A stretch of DNA of 64,000 bases from an uncultured Bacillota bacterium. Its GTDB lineage: Bacteria; Sysuimicrobiota; Sysuimicrobiia; Sysuimicrobiales; Segetimicrobiaceae. The notes beneath the pieces are model-generated. The model was given only the letters and a program-made list of their open reading frames with translations. It was not told where the DNA came from and did no database searches. The stretch spans positions 384,001 to 448,000 of the forward strand of contig CAWDRG010000009.1 of the NCBI GenBank assembly GCA_963804645.1. The letters are read 5' to 3'. Below, in pieces: positions 48,529 through 59,079 of the stretch. The number at the start of each line of letters is the position of its first letter. The first letter of the stretch is position 1. The position numbers and the translations under genes were made by a program.

Positions 48529-49287
48529 TCAGTCCTGCGGCGCTTCGGGATCGTCGGAACGATCGAGGTCTTCCGCGAGGACGCCCGACTCGGGGCCCGC
48601 GGCGGTTTCCGCGCCGCGCAGCCCGACGACGACGTGACGGTCCGCGCCGTCGCCCTCACTGTGGGTGGCGACGCCCTCGTCGTCCGCGAGGACGGTGTGG
48701 ATCACGCGCCGCTCGGAGGCCGACATCGGCTCGAGCGGCACCGACTCGCCGGTACGGCGCACCCGATCCGCCGTGCGGTGCGCCAGCGCGGTGAGGGCCT
48801 CTCGCCGCCGCTCGCGGTACCGCTCCGCGTCCACCACCACGGGCACGCGCCGTCCCATCCGTCGCGAGACCATCATGTTCACCAGGAGGTCGAGCGCTTC
48901 CAAGGTCTGGCCGTGCCGTCCGATCAGCGGCGCGAGGTTGGCCCCGGTGATCGTCACCAGCACGGCCCCGTCATCCTCACGCACGTTGATGGCGCCGCGA
49001 AAGCCCATGGCGCCGATCAGGGCGGAGGTCACGCTGCGGGCCGCCGCGAGCGGATCGTCGCCGGTCTCGGCCTCGGGGCCCGGCGTCGCCTCGTCTTCCT
49101 CCGGCTCGCCCTCCGCCGAGAGGAGCGTCAGGCGGACGCGCGCCTCACGAGACCCCAGTCCCAGGACGCCGCGGTTTCCCTCGTCGAGCACCATGAGGTC
49201 GACGTCGTCCCGCTTCGCGCCGAGCACGCGCAGCGCGTCTCGAATCGCCTCTTCGACGGTGCGCCCCGCCCCCTCCGCTGATTTCAC
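48529..49287 (-). CDS. jag: RNA-binding protein Jag/KhpB/EloR
   Basis: GRTVEEAI Jag_N, LIGRHGQTLEAL KH domain, ERRVIH R3H domain. Confidence 0.95.
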   Translation of the reverse strand: MKSAEGAGRTVEEAIRDALRVLGAKRDDVDLMVLDEGNRGVLGLGSREARVRLTLLSAEGEPEEDEATPGPEAETGDDPLAAARSVTSALIGAMGFRGAINVREDDGAVLVTITGANLAPLIGRHGQTLEALDLLVNMMVSRRMGRRVPVVVDAERYRERRREALTALAHRTADRVRRTGESVPLEPMSASERRVIHTVLADDEGVATHSEGDGADRHVVVGLRGAETAAGPESGVLAEDLDRSDDPEAPQD

Positions 49288-50135
49288 GAGCGTCTCGCCC
49301 CCTTCTTGCGCCGCGGCGCCCCCTGCGGCCGCACGCCCCCGCTCGGCTTCGGCGGGTTCCCCGCAGGGGCTTTCGGCAGTTGGGGCTGCGTCGCCGGCTG
49401 CCCGGGCAGCGCAACGCCCACGGCCTGCGTCTGGGACTTTGGCGGCGCGCTCGCCATCGGGTTCGGGCGTCCGACGACGAGGAAGTACTCCCCGATATAC
49501 GCGACCGTGTTGACGACCCAGTAAATCGAGAGCCCGAGCGGGTACAGCATCGCGAAGTAGCCGATCATGATCGGCATCAGAATCAACATCTGGGCCTGGC
49601 TCGGATCCGTGACCGTCAGGCGCTGCTGGTACCAGGTGGTCGCCGCGACCAGCAGCGGAAAGATCAGGACGACGAGCGTCAGCGGATGCGTGGTGAATTG
49701 CCCGAGCATGCGGCTCGGGACCTCGTCCAGCCGCAGCGACGGGATCCCGAATAGGGTCGCGTTCGCGAACAGGTTCTTCGTGTAGAACAGCAGACGCGTG
49801 AGCGCGAACAGGATCGGCATCTGCACCAGGATCGGCAGACAGCCGCCAAAGGGGTTCACGTTGTGCGCCCGGTACAGCGCCATCGTGGCGGCCTGCAGAC
49901 CTTGGCGGTCGTCCTTGTACTTCTGCTGCAGCGCCTTGATGTGCGGACCGAGCACCTGCATGGCCTTCATGGACCGCAGCTGGACGCGGGTCAGCGGGTG
50001 CAGGACGAGCTTGACCACAAGCGTCATCAGCACGATCGCCAAGGCGAGATCGTGCGTGTAGCCGTAAAAGAAATTCAGCAGGCCGTGGAGTGCGTTTACG
50101 ATCGGACTCAACGCCTGGCCGAAAAACTGGAACAC
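49284..50135 (-). CDS. yidC: Membrane protein insertase YidC (short form)
   Basis: AIVLMTLVVKLVLHPL, NPFGGCLPILVQMP, GLSIYW. Confidence 0.95.
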   Translation of the reverse strand: MFQFFGQALSPIVNALHGLLNFFYGYTHDLALAIVLMTLVVKLVLHPLTRVQLRSMKAMQVLGPHIKALQQKYKDDRQGLQAATMALYRAHNVNPFGGCLPILVQMPILFALTRLLFYTKNLFANATLFGIPSLRLDEVPSRMLGQFTTHPLTLVVLIFPLLVAATTWYQQRLTVTDPSQAQMLILMPIMIGYFAMLYPLGLSIYWVVNTVAYIGEYFLVVGRPNPMASAPPKSQTQAVGVALPGQPATQPQLPKAPAGNPPKPSGGVRPQGAPRRKKGARRS

Positions 50136-50169
50136 CTACCGCTCCTCCTCATCCCCGGCCGTGCCGGGG

Positions 50170-50391
50170 TCAGGGCACCGGGTCATAGCCGCCGGGATGC
50201 AGGGGATGACATCGCAACAACCGTCTGAGCGCGAGCCAGCCGCCCCGCAACACTCCGTGGCGAGCAATCGCCTCCGCCGCGTACTCCGAACAGGACGGGG
50301 AGAACCGGCACGAGGGAGCCATGTACCGCGAGATCCACCGCTGATAGAAGCGGATCGCGGCGACGCCCCATGTCCGTGCTGCCGGCGTCAT
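50170..50391 (-). CDS. yidD: Membrane protein insertion efficiency factor YidD
   Basis: YQRWIS...[10 protein letters not shown]...[19 protein letters not shown] overlap with rnpA. Confidence 0.95.
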   Translation of the reverse strand: MTPAARTWGVAAIRFYQRWISRYMAPSCRFSPSCSEYAAEAIARHGVLRGGWLALRRLLRCHPLHPGGYDPVP

Positions 50392-50771
50392 TACTCGCGC
50401 ACTCGCAGGATCTGCCCGGTCGCGCACAGCGCCTCCATCTCGGCTAAGATCTCCGAGAACCTCGCGTCCAGGGCTCTGGAGCGTGCGGCCAACACGACGT
50501 CTCCCCGACCAGAAAGGCGGCTCTTCAGCCGCCCAAACGCCTCGCGCAACCTCCGCTTGGCCCGGTTTCGCCGAGCCGCCCCACCCAGCTTTCGTCCCGC
50601 CGTCACGCCGACGCGCAGCGGCGCGTCGTGCGCCCGCACGTACAACACCAGGGTTTCGCCCGAAAAGCGGCGTCCCTCCCGGTAGACTCGCGCGAAATCG
50701 GCCCGGGTTCTGAGCCGCTCCCCGGACCGCCCGCGCCGGGTCGTCGTCTCCGACCCGCCGATCTCGGTCAG
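50391..50771 (-). CDS. rnpA: Ribonuclease P protein component (apparent CTG start)
   Basis: [43 protein letters not shown] (RNR motif). Confidence 0.93.
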   Translation of the reverse strand: MTEIGGSETTTRRGRSGERLRTRADFARVYREGRRFSGETLVLYVRAHDAPLRVGVTAGRKLGGAARRNRAKRRLREAFGRLKSRLSGRGDVVLAARSRALDARFSEILAEMEALCATGQILRVRE

Positions 50772-50780
50772 AAATACTCC

Positions 50781-50918
50781 CTAGTCTGCAGCCAGCCGGC
50801 GTCGACCCCGAAGGCGTCGCCGTCGCAATACGTTCCGGCCGCCGGGGGTACGCATCCGAACGCGGAAGCCGTGCGTCTTGCTCCGGTGCCGGCGGTTCGG
50901 TTGGAATGTACGCTTCAC
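50781..50918 (-). CDS. rpmH: 50S ribosomal protein L34 (missed by the ORF track)
   Basis: [57 protein letters not shown] start. Confidence 0.97.
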   Translation of the reverse strand: MKRTFQPNRRHRSKTHGFRVRMRTPGGRNVLRRRRLRGRRRLAAD

Positions 50919-50985
50919 CGAGCCGCCTCCTCTCATGACTCAGATCGGCGCCCCGCGCATGCGAGGTCGCCGATCGCCTGTGGAG

Positions 50986-51015
50986 ACTATACCACAGACA
51001 CGGCACCGCGTTCAA
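50986..51015 (-). promoter_or_regulatory. Putative rpmH promoter
   Basis: Minus strand TTGAAC-18 nt-TATAGT with extended TG. Confidence 0.6.
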
Positions 51016-51156
51016 CGCGGGCGCCCCGGAACCGACGGCCCCGCTCCGACGCGCCCCTCGCGAGATCAGGAACCCACGCAGTTGCGCGCCGTTACCGCTC
51101 ACAGATCACTCAGCCGTCCCGTCAGATCGCCGCCCGGTATCAGATCGTGGGTTGGC

Positions 51157-51482
51157 TGTGGATAACCTCAAGATATCTCCCAGAATTACCCACATTTCGT
51201 GACCAAGTTGTCACGGAGGATGCTCGATTTTGGTCCAATTTCGGTCTGATCCATGATCTCTAAAGGAGTTTTCCTATCTTATCCACAATCTTTTCCACAC
51301 CTGTGGATAACGGTGTTGCCGACGCCATCCGGCCTATCCTGACGCGTTCTACGCATACCTCTCGCTGATCCCTGTCGTCGGAAAACGAGGAAAGTCGATG
51401 ATCGTCTTTCCACAATGCTGGTTGCTTTATGGCAGGTCAGCGGCAGACGAGGAAAGGGTCCAATGCTGCGCATTGTGGAAGG
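51157..51482. promoter_or_regulatory. Upstream DnaA-box cluster (oriC part 1 / dnaA operon control region)
   Basis: TGTGGATAA 51157, TTACCCACA 51186, TTATCCACA 51279, TTTTCCACA 51291, TGTGGATAA 51302, CTTTCCACA 51406, TGTGGAAGG 51474. Confidence 0.9.
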
Positions 51483-51534
51483 AGCGCACCATGGTGCGTC
51501 CAATTAGCGTCGATGTTCGCGGGAGGGGGGAGTG

Positions 51535-52329
51535 ATGCAGGACTTCTTCCTGCGGCTCGCATCCCAGGCCAAAGGAGAGCCGCAGGACGTTGCGCCTGCG
51601 CCGGAAGTGCGCATGGCCATCTATGACTCCCCACTGGCCCCGCCCCAGGTGGTGTCGCTCTCAGCGGAGGATTTCGGCCAGCTCGTCGGAGAGCTGGCGG
51701 CGCGCACGCACAACTACGCCCGCGAACGAGGCGGCCGCATTCCATTCGTGGTGATTCGGGAGATCGTGGAGAACCTCATACACGCGCTGTTCCAGAACGC
51801 CGTCGTGTCGATCATGGACGACGGCAACACGATTCGGATCTCCGACCAGGGGCCGGGCATCCGGGACAAGGATCATGCGTTCCAGCCGGGCTTTACCACC
51901 GCGACGCGTGAGATGCGGGCGTTCATCAAGGGCGTCGGCTCGGGACTGCCCGTCGCCCGCGAGCAGCTCGCGTTCCTCGGCGGCGCAATTTCGATCGAGG
52001 ACAATCTCGACCACGGGACGGTGGTCACGCTTCGGGTGGGTCAGTCGCGCGACGCCGCCCCGCTCGCGCCGACGGCGCCGAGCCCGCGGCCGGCCGAACC
52101 GCCGCGGCTGCGGCTCTCCGATCGACAGCGCAAGATCCTGCTGTTGATCGCGGAGCTCGGCTCCGCCGGGCCATCGACGATCGCCAAAGAACTCGGGATC
52201 AGCCAGAGCACCGCGTTTCGGGAGCTGGCGGCGCTGCAGAAGCACCAGTTGCTGGCGCAGCGCACCCCGGGCAAGCGGACGCTCACGGAAGACGGCATCG
52301 CATATCTTGGGAACGTCTTCAGACCGTAA
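51535..52329 (+). CDS. Uncharacterised GHKL (HATPase) ATP-binding protein with C-terminal winged HTH (orfX)
   Basis: IREIVENLIHA, ISDQGPGI, FQPGFTT, GVGSGL, GTVVTL; then LSDRQRKIL...STIAKELGISQSTAFREL; GGGAGG RBS. Confidence 0.85.
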   Translation: MQDFFLRLASQAKGEPQDVAPAPEVRMAIYDSPLAPPQVVSLSAEDFGQLVGELAARTHNYARERGGRIPFVVIREIVENLIHALFQNAVVSIMDDGNTIRISDQGPGIRDKDHAFQPGFTTATREMRAFIKGVGSGLPVAREQLAFLGGAISIEDNLDHGTVVTLRVGQSRDAAPLAPTAPSPRPAEPPRLRLSDRQRKILLLIAELGSAGPSTIAKELGISQSTAFRELAALQKHQLLAQRTPGKRTLTEDGIAYLGNVFRP

Positions 52330-52368
52330 GACGGGGCCCGCGACCCGACGGGCCTGGGAGGATCCTGG

Positions 52369-53736
52369 ATGGAAACACAGAGCGCGGCCGTAAACCAAGT
52401 TTGGCAAGAGGCGCTGACGCGCATCGAAAGTCAGTTGAGCAAACCAAGTTTTGAGGCGTTTCTCAAGGCGATGCGACCCGTCACCCTGGACCGGGATGTG
52501 TTCGTGTTCTCGGTCCCGAGCCTGTTTGCCAAAGAATGGCTGGAGGGACGGTACCTCGGCCTGATCGCGGAGACGCTGCGAGAAGTGCTGACCCGCGGCG
52601 TCGACGTCCGCTTCGTCGTCTCAGACTTGGACGTGCCCGCCCCGCGGATCGCGCCTGGCCCCCAGGAGATCGCCACGTCGATTCCTAAATCCGGGCCGGT
52701 CGATTCCCTGACGTTTACCGGCAAATACACGTTCGACACGTTCGTGGTCGGCAGCGGCAACCGGTTTGCCCATGCGGCCGCTCTCGCGGTCGCCGAGGCG
52801 CCCGCGAGAGCCTACAACCCCCTGTTTATCTACGGCGGCGTAGGACTTGGCAAGACCCATCTGCTCCAGGCCATCGGACATCGTGTCCTCACCCACAAGC
52901 AGATCGCCCGGGTGATGTACGTGTCGTCCGAACGCTTCACGAACGAAATGATCAACGCGATCCGCGACGACAAAATGGTGGAGTTCCGAAACCGCTACCG
53001 AAGCGTCGACGTACTGCTCATCGACGACATCCAGTTCCTGGCCGGCAAGGAGCGGACACAAGAAGAATTTTTCCACACGTTCAACACGCTCCACGAGTCG
53101 GGCCGTCAGCTGATCATCAGCAGCGACCGCCAGCCTCGAGAGATTCCGACGCTCGAAGACCGCCTGCGCTCTCGGTTCGAATGGGGCCTCATCGCGGACA
53201 TCGAACCGCCCGACTACGAGACCCGCATCGCGATCCTGAGGAAGAAGGCCGAACTCGACGCGATCGCCGTGCCGGACGAAGTCACGCAGTACATTGCGCA
53301 GCGAATTTCGTCGAACATCCGCGAACTCGAGGGCGCCCTCAGCCGACTGCGCGCGCACGCGGAGATGCAGCGCACGACGATCTCCATCGACCTGGCGATC
53401 GAAGTCCTCAAAGAAATCCTGCCCCAGGCGCGGATCCGACCCGTCACCATCCCGGGGATCCAGCGCGCCGTCGCCGAGTTCTTCGGCATCCGCATCGAGG
53501 AAATGAAGGCCAAGCGCCGCACCAAAGGCGTGGCGTTCCCGCGCCAGGTCGCCATGTATCTCTCCCGAGAACTGACCGATGCGTCACTGCCGCGCATCGG
53601 CGAGGAGTTCGGAGGGCGCGACCACACCACGGTGATGCACGCGTGCGATCGGGTAAAGAGCGCCTTGATCCACGACTCCCATCTCGCCGCCGGTATCAAA
53701 AGTCTTGTGGACAGTTTCCGGACCGAGCGCCCGTAA
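52369..53736 (+). CDS. dnaA: Chromosomal replication initiator DnaA
   Basis: YTFDTFVVG, YNPLFIYGGVGLGKTHL, DDIQF, SRFEWG, GGRDHTTVMHA. Confidence 0.99.
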   Translation: METQSAAVNQVWQEALTRIESQLSKPSFEAFLKAMRPVTLDRDVFVFSVPSLFAKEWLEGRYLGLIAETLREVLTRGVDVRFVVSDLDVPAPRIAPGPQEIATSIPKSGPVDSLTFTGKYTFDTFVVGSGNRFAHAAALAVAEAPARAYNPLFIYGGVGLGKTHLLQAIGHRVLTHKQIARVMYVSSERFTNEMINAIRDDKMVEFRNRYRSVDVLLIDDIQFLAGKERTQEEFFHTFNTLHESGRQLIISSDRQPREIPTLEDRLRSRFEWGLIADIEPPDYETRIAILRKKAELDAIAVPDEVTQYIAQRISSNIRELEGALSRLRAHAEMQRTTISIDLAIEVLKEILPQARIRPVTIPGIQRAVAEFFGIRIEEMKAKRRTKGVAFPRQVAMYLSRELTDASLPRIGEEFGGRDHTTVMHACDRVKSALIHDSHLAAGIKSLVDSFRTERP

Positions 53737-53799
53737 AGTGGGGATGCGGTAGGCCGTCATCCACCGGTGTGCCCGTCTTGTCAGGACGCCTCTGGACGA

Positions 53800-53930
53800 C
53801 GTGCATAACGCACGGAAAAGGACCTTATGGTTATCCACAGGTTGAAACCCTTATCGGATGCCCTTCAGAGCCGATATTCACATAATCCACAGGTTCTACT
53901 ATGACTACGACGAATATTTATTATAAAAAG
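53800..53930 (+). other. oriC unwinding region: DnaA boxes, DnaA-trio-like repeats and AT-rich DUE
   Basis: TTATCCACA 53831; tandem ATATTCACA/TAATCCACA 53874-53891; CTACTATGACTACGACGA 53896-53913; AATATTTATTATAAAAA. Confidence 0.9.
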
Positions 53931-53948
53931 AACCCCTAGGAGCGGGAT

Positions 53949-55058
53949 ATGCGTTTTTCGTGTTCTCAGGAGCAGTTGCTCCGAAGTGTCCAGACGGTGG
54001 GACGCGCAATCTCTCCAAGGGCTAGTATGCCGATTTTGGGCAATATTCTGCTCGAAGCTTCAAAAGACGGCGTAAAGCTGGCCGCCACCGATCTGGAACT
54101 GGGGATCGAGGCCCACCTCAATGCAAAGGTCATGGAGGAGGGAGCCGTCACGCTTCCGGCGAGGATTCTCACCGATATCGTGACCAATCTGCCCGAGGCT
54201 CCGGTGGAAATCACGGTAGAGGAAGGCGATGCCAAAGCCATTATTTCGTGCGAATCGGTGAAATTCGAGCTTGTTGGGCTTCCCAGCACGGACTTTCCGA
54301 TCATGCCGAGCGGAGATGGTAACGTTCTTGTGAAGATCGACGGGAGTTTACTGCGTACGATGATCCGGCAGACCAGTTTTGCGGTCTCGACGGATGAAAC
54401 ACGGCCATTCCTGACCGGGGTCTATGTCATGATCGAGGGCGGAGCCGGCCAGTTGGTGGCCACCGACGGGGGACGACTCGCGCTGCGGCGGGCCAAAATC
54501 TCAGGAGAGCCTCGCGGTAAAATCTCCGCGATCGTCCCAAACAAGACAATGGCGGAACTCGTGCGTGTGCTGGGCCTGCTCGAGGGTGATGTCACAATCG
54601 CGTCGCAAGAGAACCAGTTGGTCTTCACCCTGCCCGGTCTCCGATTCGTGTCTCGATTGATTGCCGGGCAGTTTCCCAACTACGAGCAGGTCATCCCGAA
54701 AGAATTCAAGCAGCGCATCAAGGTTGGAACCGAACGCCTGCTTCGGGCTGTGCGGCGCGCGAGCATCACGGCGCGGGACTCCGCGAATGTGGTTCGCCTG
54801 AGTGCGGACGGCGCCACGCTGACGATCAGCTCGAATACGCCGGACGTGGGCAAGGCGCAGGAAGACGTTCCTGTTACCGCGGAGGGTGACGCGATTCCGG
54901 TGGCGTTCAACGCCAAGTTTCTCATGGACGCACTCAGCAACATGGACGCGCCCGAGGTTTGGCTGGAACTGACCGGACCGCTGAGCCCGGGGGCGCTGCG
55001 GCCGGTCGAGCATGCCGACTACGTGTACGTCCTGGCTCCGGTCCGTGTCTACGGATAG
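53949..55058 (+). CDS. dnaN: DNA polymerase III beta clamp
   Basis: ATDLELGI, STDETRPFLTG, ATDGGRLA, GQFPNYEQVIP, FNAKFL. Confidence 0.98.
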   Translation: MRFSCSQEQLLRSVQTVGRAISPRASMPILGNILLEASKDGVKLAATDLELGIEAHLNAKVMEEGAVTLPARILTDIVTNLPEAPVEITVEEGDAKAIISCESVKFELVGLPSTDFPIMPSGDGNVLVKIDGSLLRTMIRQTSFAVSTDETRPFLTGVYVMIEGGAGQLVATDGGRLALRRAKISGEPRGKISAIVPNKTMAELVRVLGLLEGDVTIASQENQLVFTLPGLRFVSRLIAGQFPNYEQVIPKEFKQRIKVGTERLLRAVRRASITARDSANVVRLSADGATLTISSNTPDVGKAQEDVPVTAEGDAIPVAFNAKFLMDALSNMDAPEVWLELTGPLSPGALRPVEHADYVYVLAPVRVYG

Positions 55059-55061
55059 TCC

Positions 55062-55289
55062 GTGCCGGATCGCGGTGTTGAAACGGTGACAATTTCGACG
55101 CCGCAGATTGCCCTGGGCGCGTTCCTCAAGTGGGCCGGGATCGCGGATACCGGCGGCGCCGCGAAAACGCTGGCGCAGCAGGGCCGCGTCGCGGTCAACG
55201 GGGTCGTCGAGCGGAGGCGGGGACGCGAGCTGCGTGCCGGGGACGTCGTCGTGGTAGGCGGTCGGGAGTATCGCGTTGCGAATCGTTGA
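55062..55289 (+). CDS. yaaA: S4-domain RNA-binding protein (YaaA/RlbA-like)
   Basis: LGAFLKWAGIADTGGAAK...VNGVVERRRGREL..GDVV; lies between dnaN and recF. Confidence 0.9.
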   Translation: MPDRGVETVTISTPQIALGAFLKWAGIADTGGAAKTLAQQGRVAVNGVVERRRGRELRAGDVVVVGGREYRVANR

Positions 55290-56379
55290 GCTGCGCCTGC
55301 GGGATTTTCGGAACTACGTCGCCGAGGATGTGACGTTTGGCGACGGGATCACCGTTTTCGCCGGACCCAACGCGCAGGGAAAGAGTAATCTCCTCGAGTC
55401 GATTTATACCGTCGCGGTCGGGCGGAGCCCGCGCGCGACGGCGGACGTGGAATTGGTGCGATTCGGGCAGGACCGCGCGTATATCAGAGCGGTCGTTGAG
55501 GGCGGGCGTGCGAGCGCACTTGAGGTGGCCGTGGATCGGGTCTCGGGCGAGAAGCGTATCAAGGTGAACGGGGTGGTTACACAGCGGGGACAGCTGCTCG
55601 GGCGGCTGGCGGTCGTGCTCGCGGGGCCGCTGGACGACGAGTTGATCCGGGGCGGGCCGGCGTATCGGCGCCGTCTGATGGACGCGGCGCTGAGTCAGAT
55701 GAGCCCGTCGTATTACTTCAACTTGAGCCGGTATCTTCGTGTCGTGCGGCAGCGGAATCGTCTGCTCAAGGCCGGCGCCGCGGCGGCGGCCCTGGCGCCG
55801 TGGGACACGCAGTTTGTGGAGTTGGGGGCGACGCTGGTCGAGCGGCGCTACCAGTTCGTCCAGGGGCTGGCGGCGCGTGCGCGTGCACGGCACGCGCGCA
55901 TCGCCGTCGGCGAGGAAGTGCTGGGGGTGGTGTACGAGGCGTCCGGCGTGATCGAGGGGACGGATCGCGAGGACGATGCGCGCGCGCAACTGGGGCGCGC
56001 GCTCGCCGCGCGGCGGGGAGAAGAACTGCGGCGGGGCACGAGCGTCGTGGGCCCGCACCGGGACGACTTGGCTTTTACCGTGAACGGCATCGATCTCAGA
56101 GTGTTTGGGTCGCGCGGCCAGCAGCACACGGCCGCGCTGAGCCTGCGGTTGGGAGAGGTGGAACTGCTGCGGGACGAACTCGGGGAGTGGCCGGTCGTGC
56201 TGCTGGATGACGTGCTGGCCGACCTGGATCTGGAACGACAGGCGGCGCTGCTGGGAGAGGTCGTGGGCCCACAAGTGCTGATGACGCATACGCGCGTGCC
56301 GGAAGCGCCGGGGGTGTCCGTTCGCCACGTGGCGGTGATGTCCGGTAAGCTCGTGAGGGATGCGGATGTACGCGCTTAA
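55276..56379 (+). CDS. recF: DNA replication and repair protein RecF
   Basis: FRNY, GPNAQGKSNLLE, GPHRDD, GSRGQQ, LLDDVLADLD; TTG start. Confidence 0.97.
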   Translation: MRIVELRLRDFRNYVAEDVTFGDGITVFAGPNAQGKSNLLESIYTVAVGRSPRATADVELVRFGQDRAYIRAVVEGGRASALEVAVDRVSGEKRIKVNGVVTQRGQLLGRLAVVLAGPLDDELIRGGPAYRRRLMDAALSQMSPSYYFNLSRYLRVVRQRNRLLKAGAAAAALAPWDTQFVELGATLVERRYQFVQGLAARARARHARIAVGEEVLGVVYEASGVIEGTDREDDARAQLGRALAARRGEELRRGTSVVGPHRDDLAFTVNGIDLRVFGSRGQQHTAALSLRLGEVELLRDELGEWPVVLLDDVLADLDLERQAALLGEVVGPQVLMTHTRVPEAPGVSVRHVAVMSGKLVRDADVRA

Positions 56380-56695
56380 GGAGCTGCTCGGCGATGCGCT
56401 GACCGCGCTTGTGGGGCCGCGCCGAGCGCGGCAGGCCGCGGTGCTCGATGTGTGGCCGGAGGTGGTGGGCGAGGGGCGCGCGCGCCATGCGCGCGCCGTC
56501 GGCGTGCGCGGGAGCACGCTCGTGGTCGCCACGGATCTGCCGGCCGTGTACTACGAGCTCGGCCTGCGGCGGGCCGAGTTGGTGGCGTCGTTGAATCAGC
56601 GCGCCGGCGGGGACGCGATCACCGAGATTCAGCTGCAGATGCGGCCGCTCGGTCGGAGCGACGACGGCGCCGAGAGGGAATCGGGCGCGCCGTAG
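56360..56695 (+). CDS. dciA: DUF721/DciA family helicase-loader-like protein
   Basis: WPEVVG..RARHAR...TLVV...YEL...LVASLN; position after recF. Confidence 0.8.
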   Translation: MRMYALKELLGDALTALVGPRRARQAAVLDVWPEVVGEGRARHARAVGVRGSTLVVATDLPAVYYELGLRRAELVASLNQRAGGDAITEIQLQMRPLGRSDDGAERESGAP

Positions 56696-56716
56696 GCGCT
56701 CGAGGCGCGTGTCGTC

Positions 56717-56986
56717 ATGTATGTGCATCTCGGCGGAGATATTGTGGTGCCGATTCAGGACATCATCGGGATCTTCGACACGAGGATCCTCGTAGGCAAC
56801 GATGATAATCATCGGTTTCTCTCGAATGCCGTCGCAAACAAGAGAATGATGAGCGAGATTCATGATCGCGATCGAAAATCGCTCGTGGTGACAACCAACG
56901 GCGTATATTGGTCTGCGATTTCGTCGCTTACCCTTGTTAGGCGCGTGACGAACGTGCAGTGGGGATTGAGCGTTTCTGAAGGCTGA
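56717..56986 (+). CDS. remB: DUF370/RemB (YaaB)-like protein
   Basis: MYVHLGGDIVV...IIGIFD...KSLVVT...YWSAISSLTL. Confidence 0.88.
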   Translation: MYVHLGGDIVVPIQDIIGIFDTRILVGNDDNHRFLSNAVANKRMMSEIHDRDRKSLVVTTNGVYWSAISSLTLVRRVTNVQWGLSVSEG

Positions 56987-57044
56987 AACCCAATGGTGGT
57001 AAGGGTTTCAGCCGATTGACCCCGTAGAATATTTCTGTTAGCAT
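56981..57044 (+). promoter_or_regulatory. Inverted repeat plus gyrB promoter
   Basis: GGCTGAAACCC-11 nt-GGGTTTCAGCC, followed by TTGACC-17 nt-TAGCAT with extended TG. Confidence 0.55.
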
Positions 57045-57105
57045 ATATATTGAAGAAATTCTTTGAGGGCGTGGCGTTTGCCATGCCCTATTTGGTGGTT
57101 GGTGA

Positions 57106-59034
<1,929 letters not shown>

Positions 59035-59079
59035 GGCACGCGAACGGAGCGGGCACCGCCCCAGGATGAAGGAGAGGGA

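Noticed and set aside
51535..52329. orfX as an ordinary sensor histidine kinase
   Set aside because: No H-box/HisKA domain, no sensor or TM region, no cognate regulator, and it carries a DNA-binding-type wHTH.
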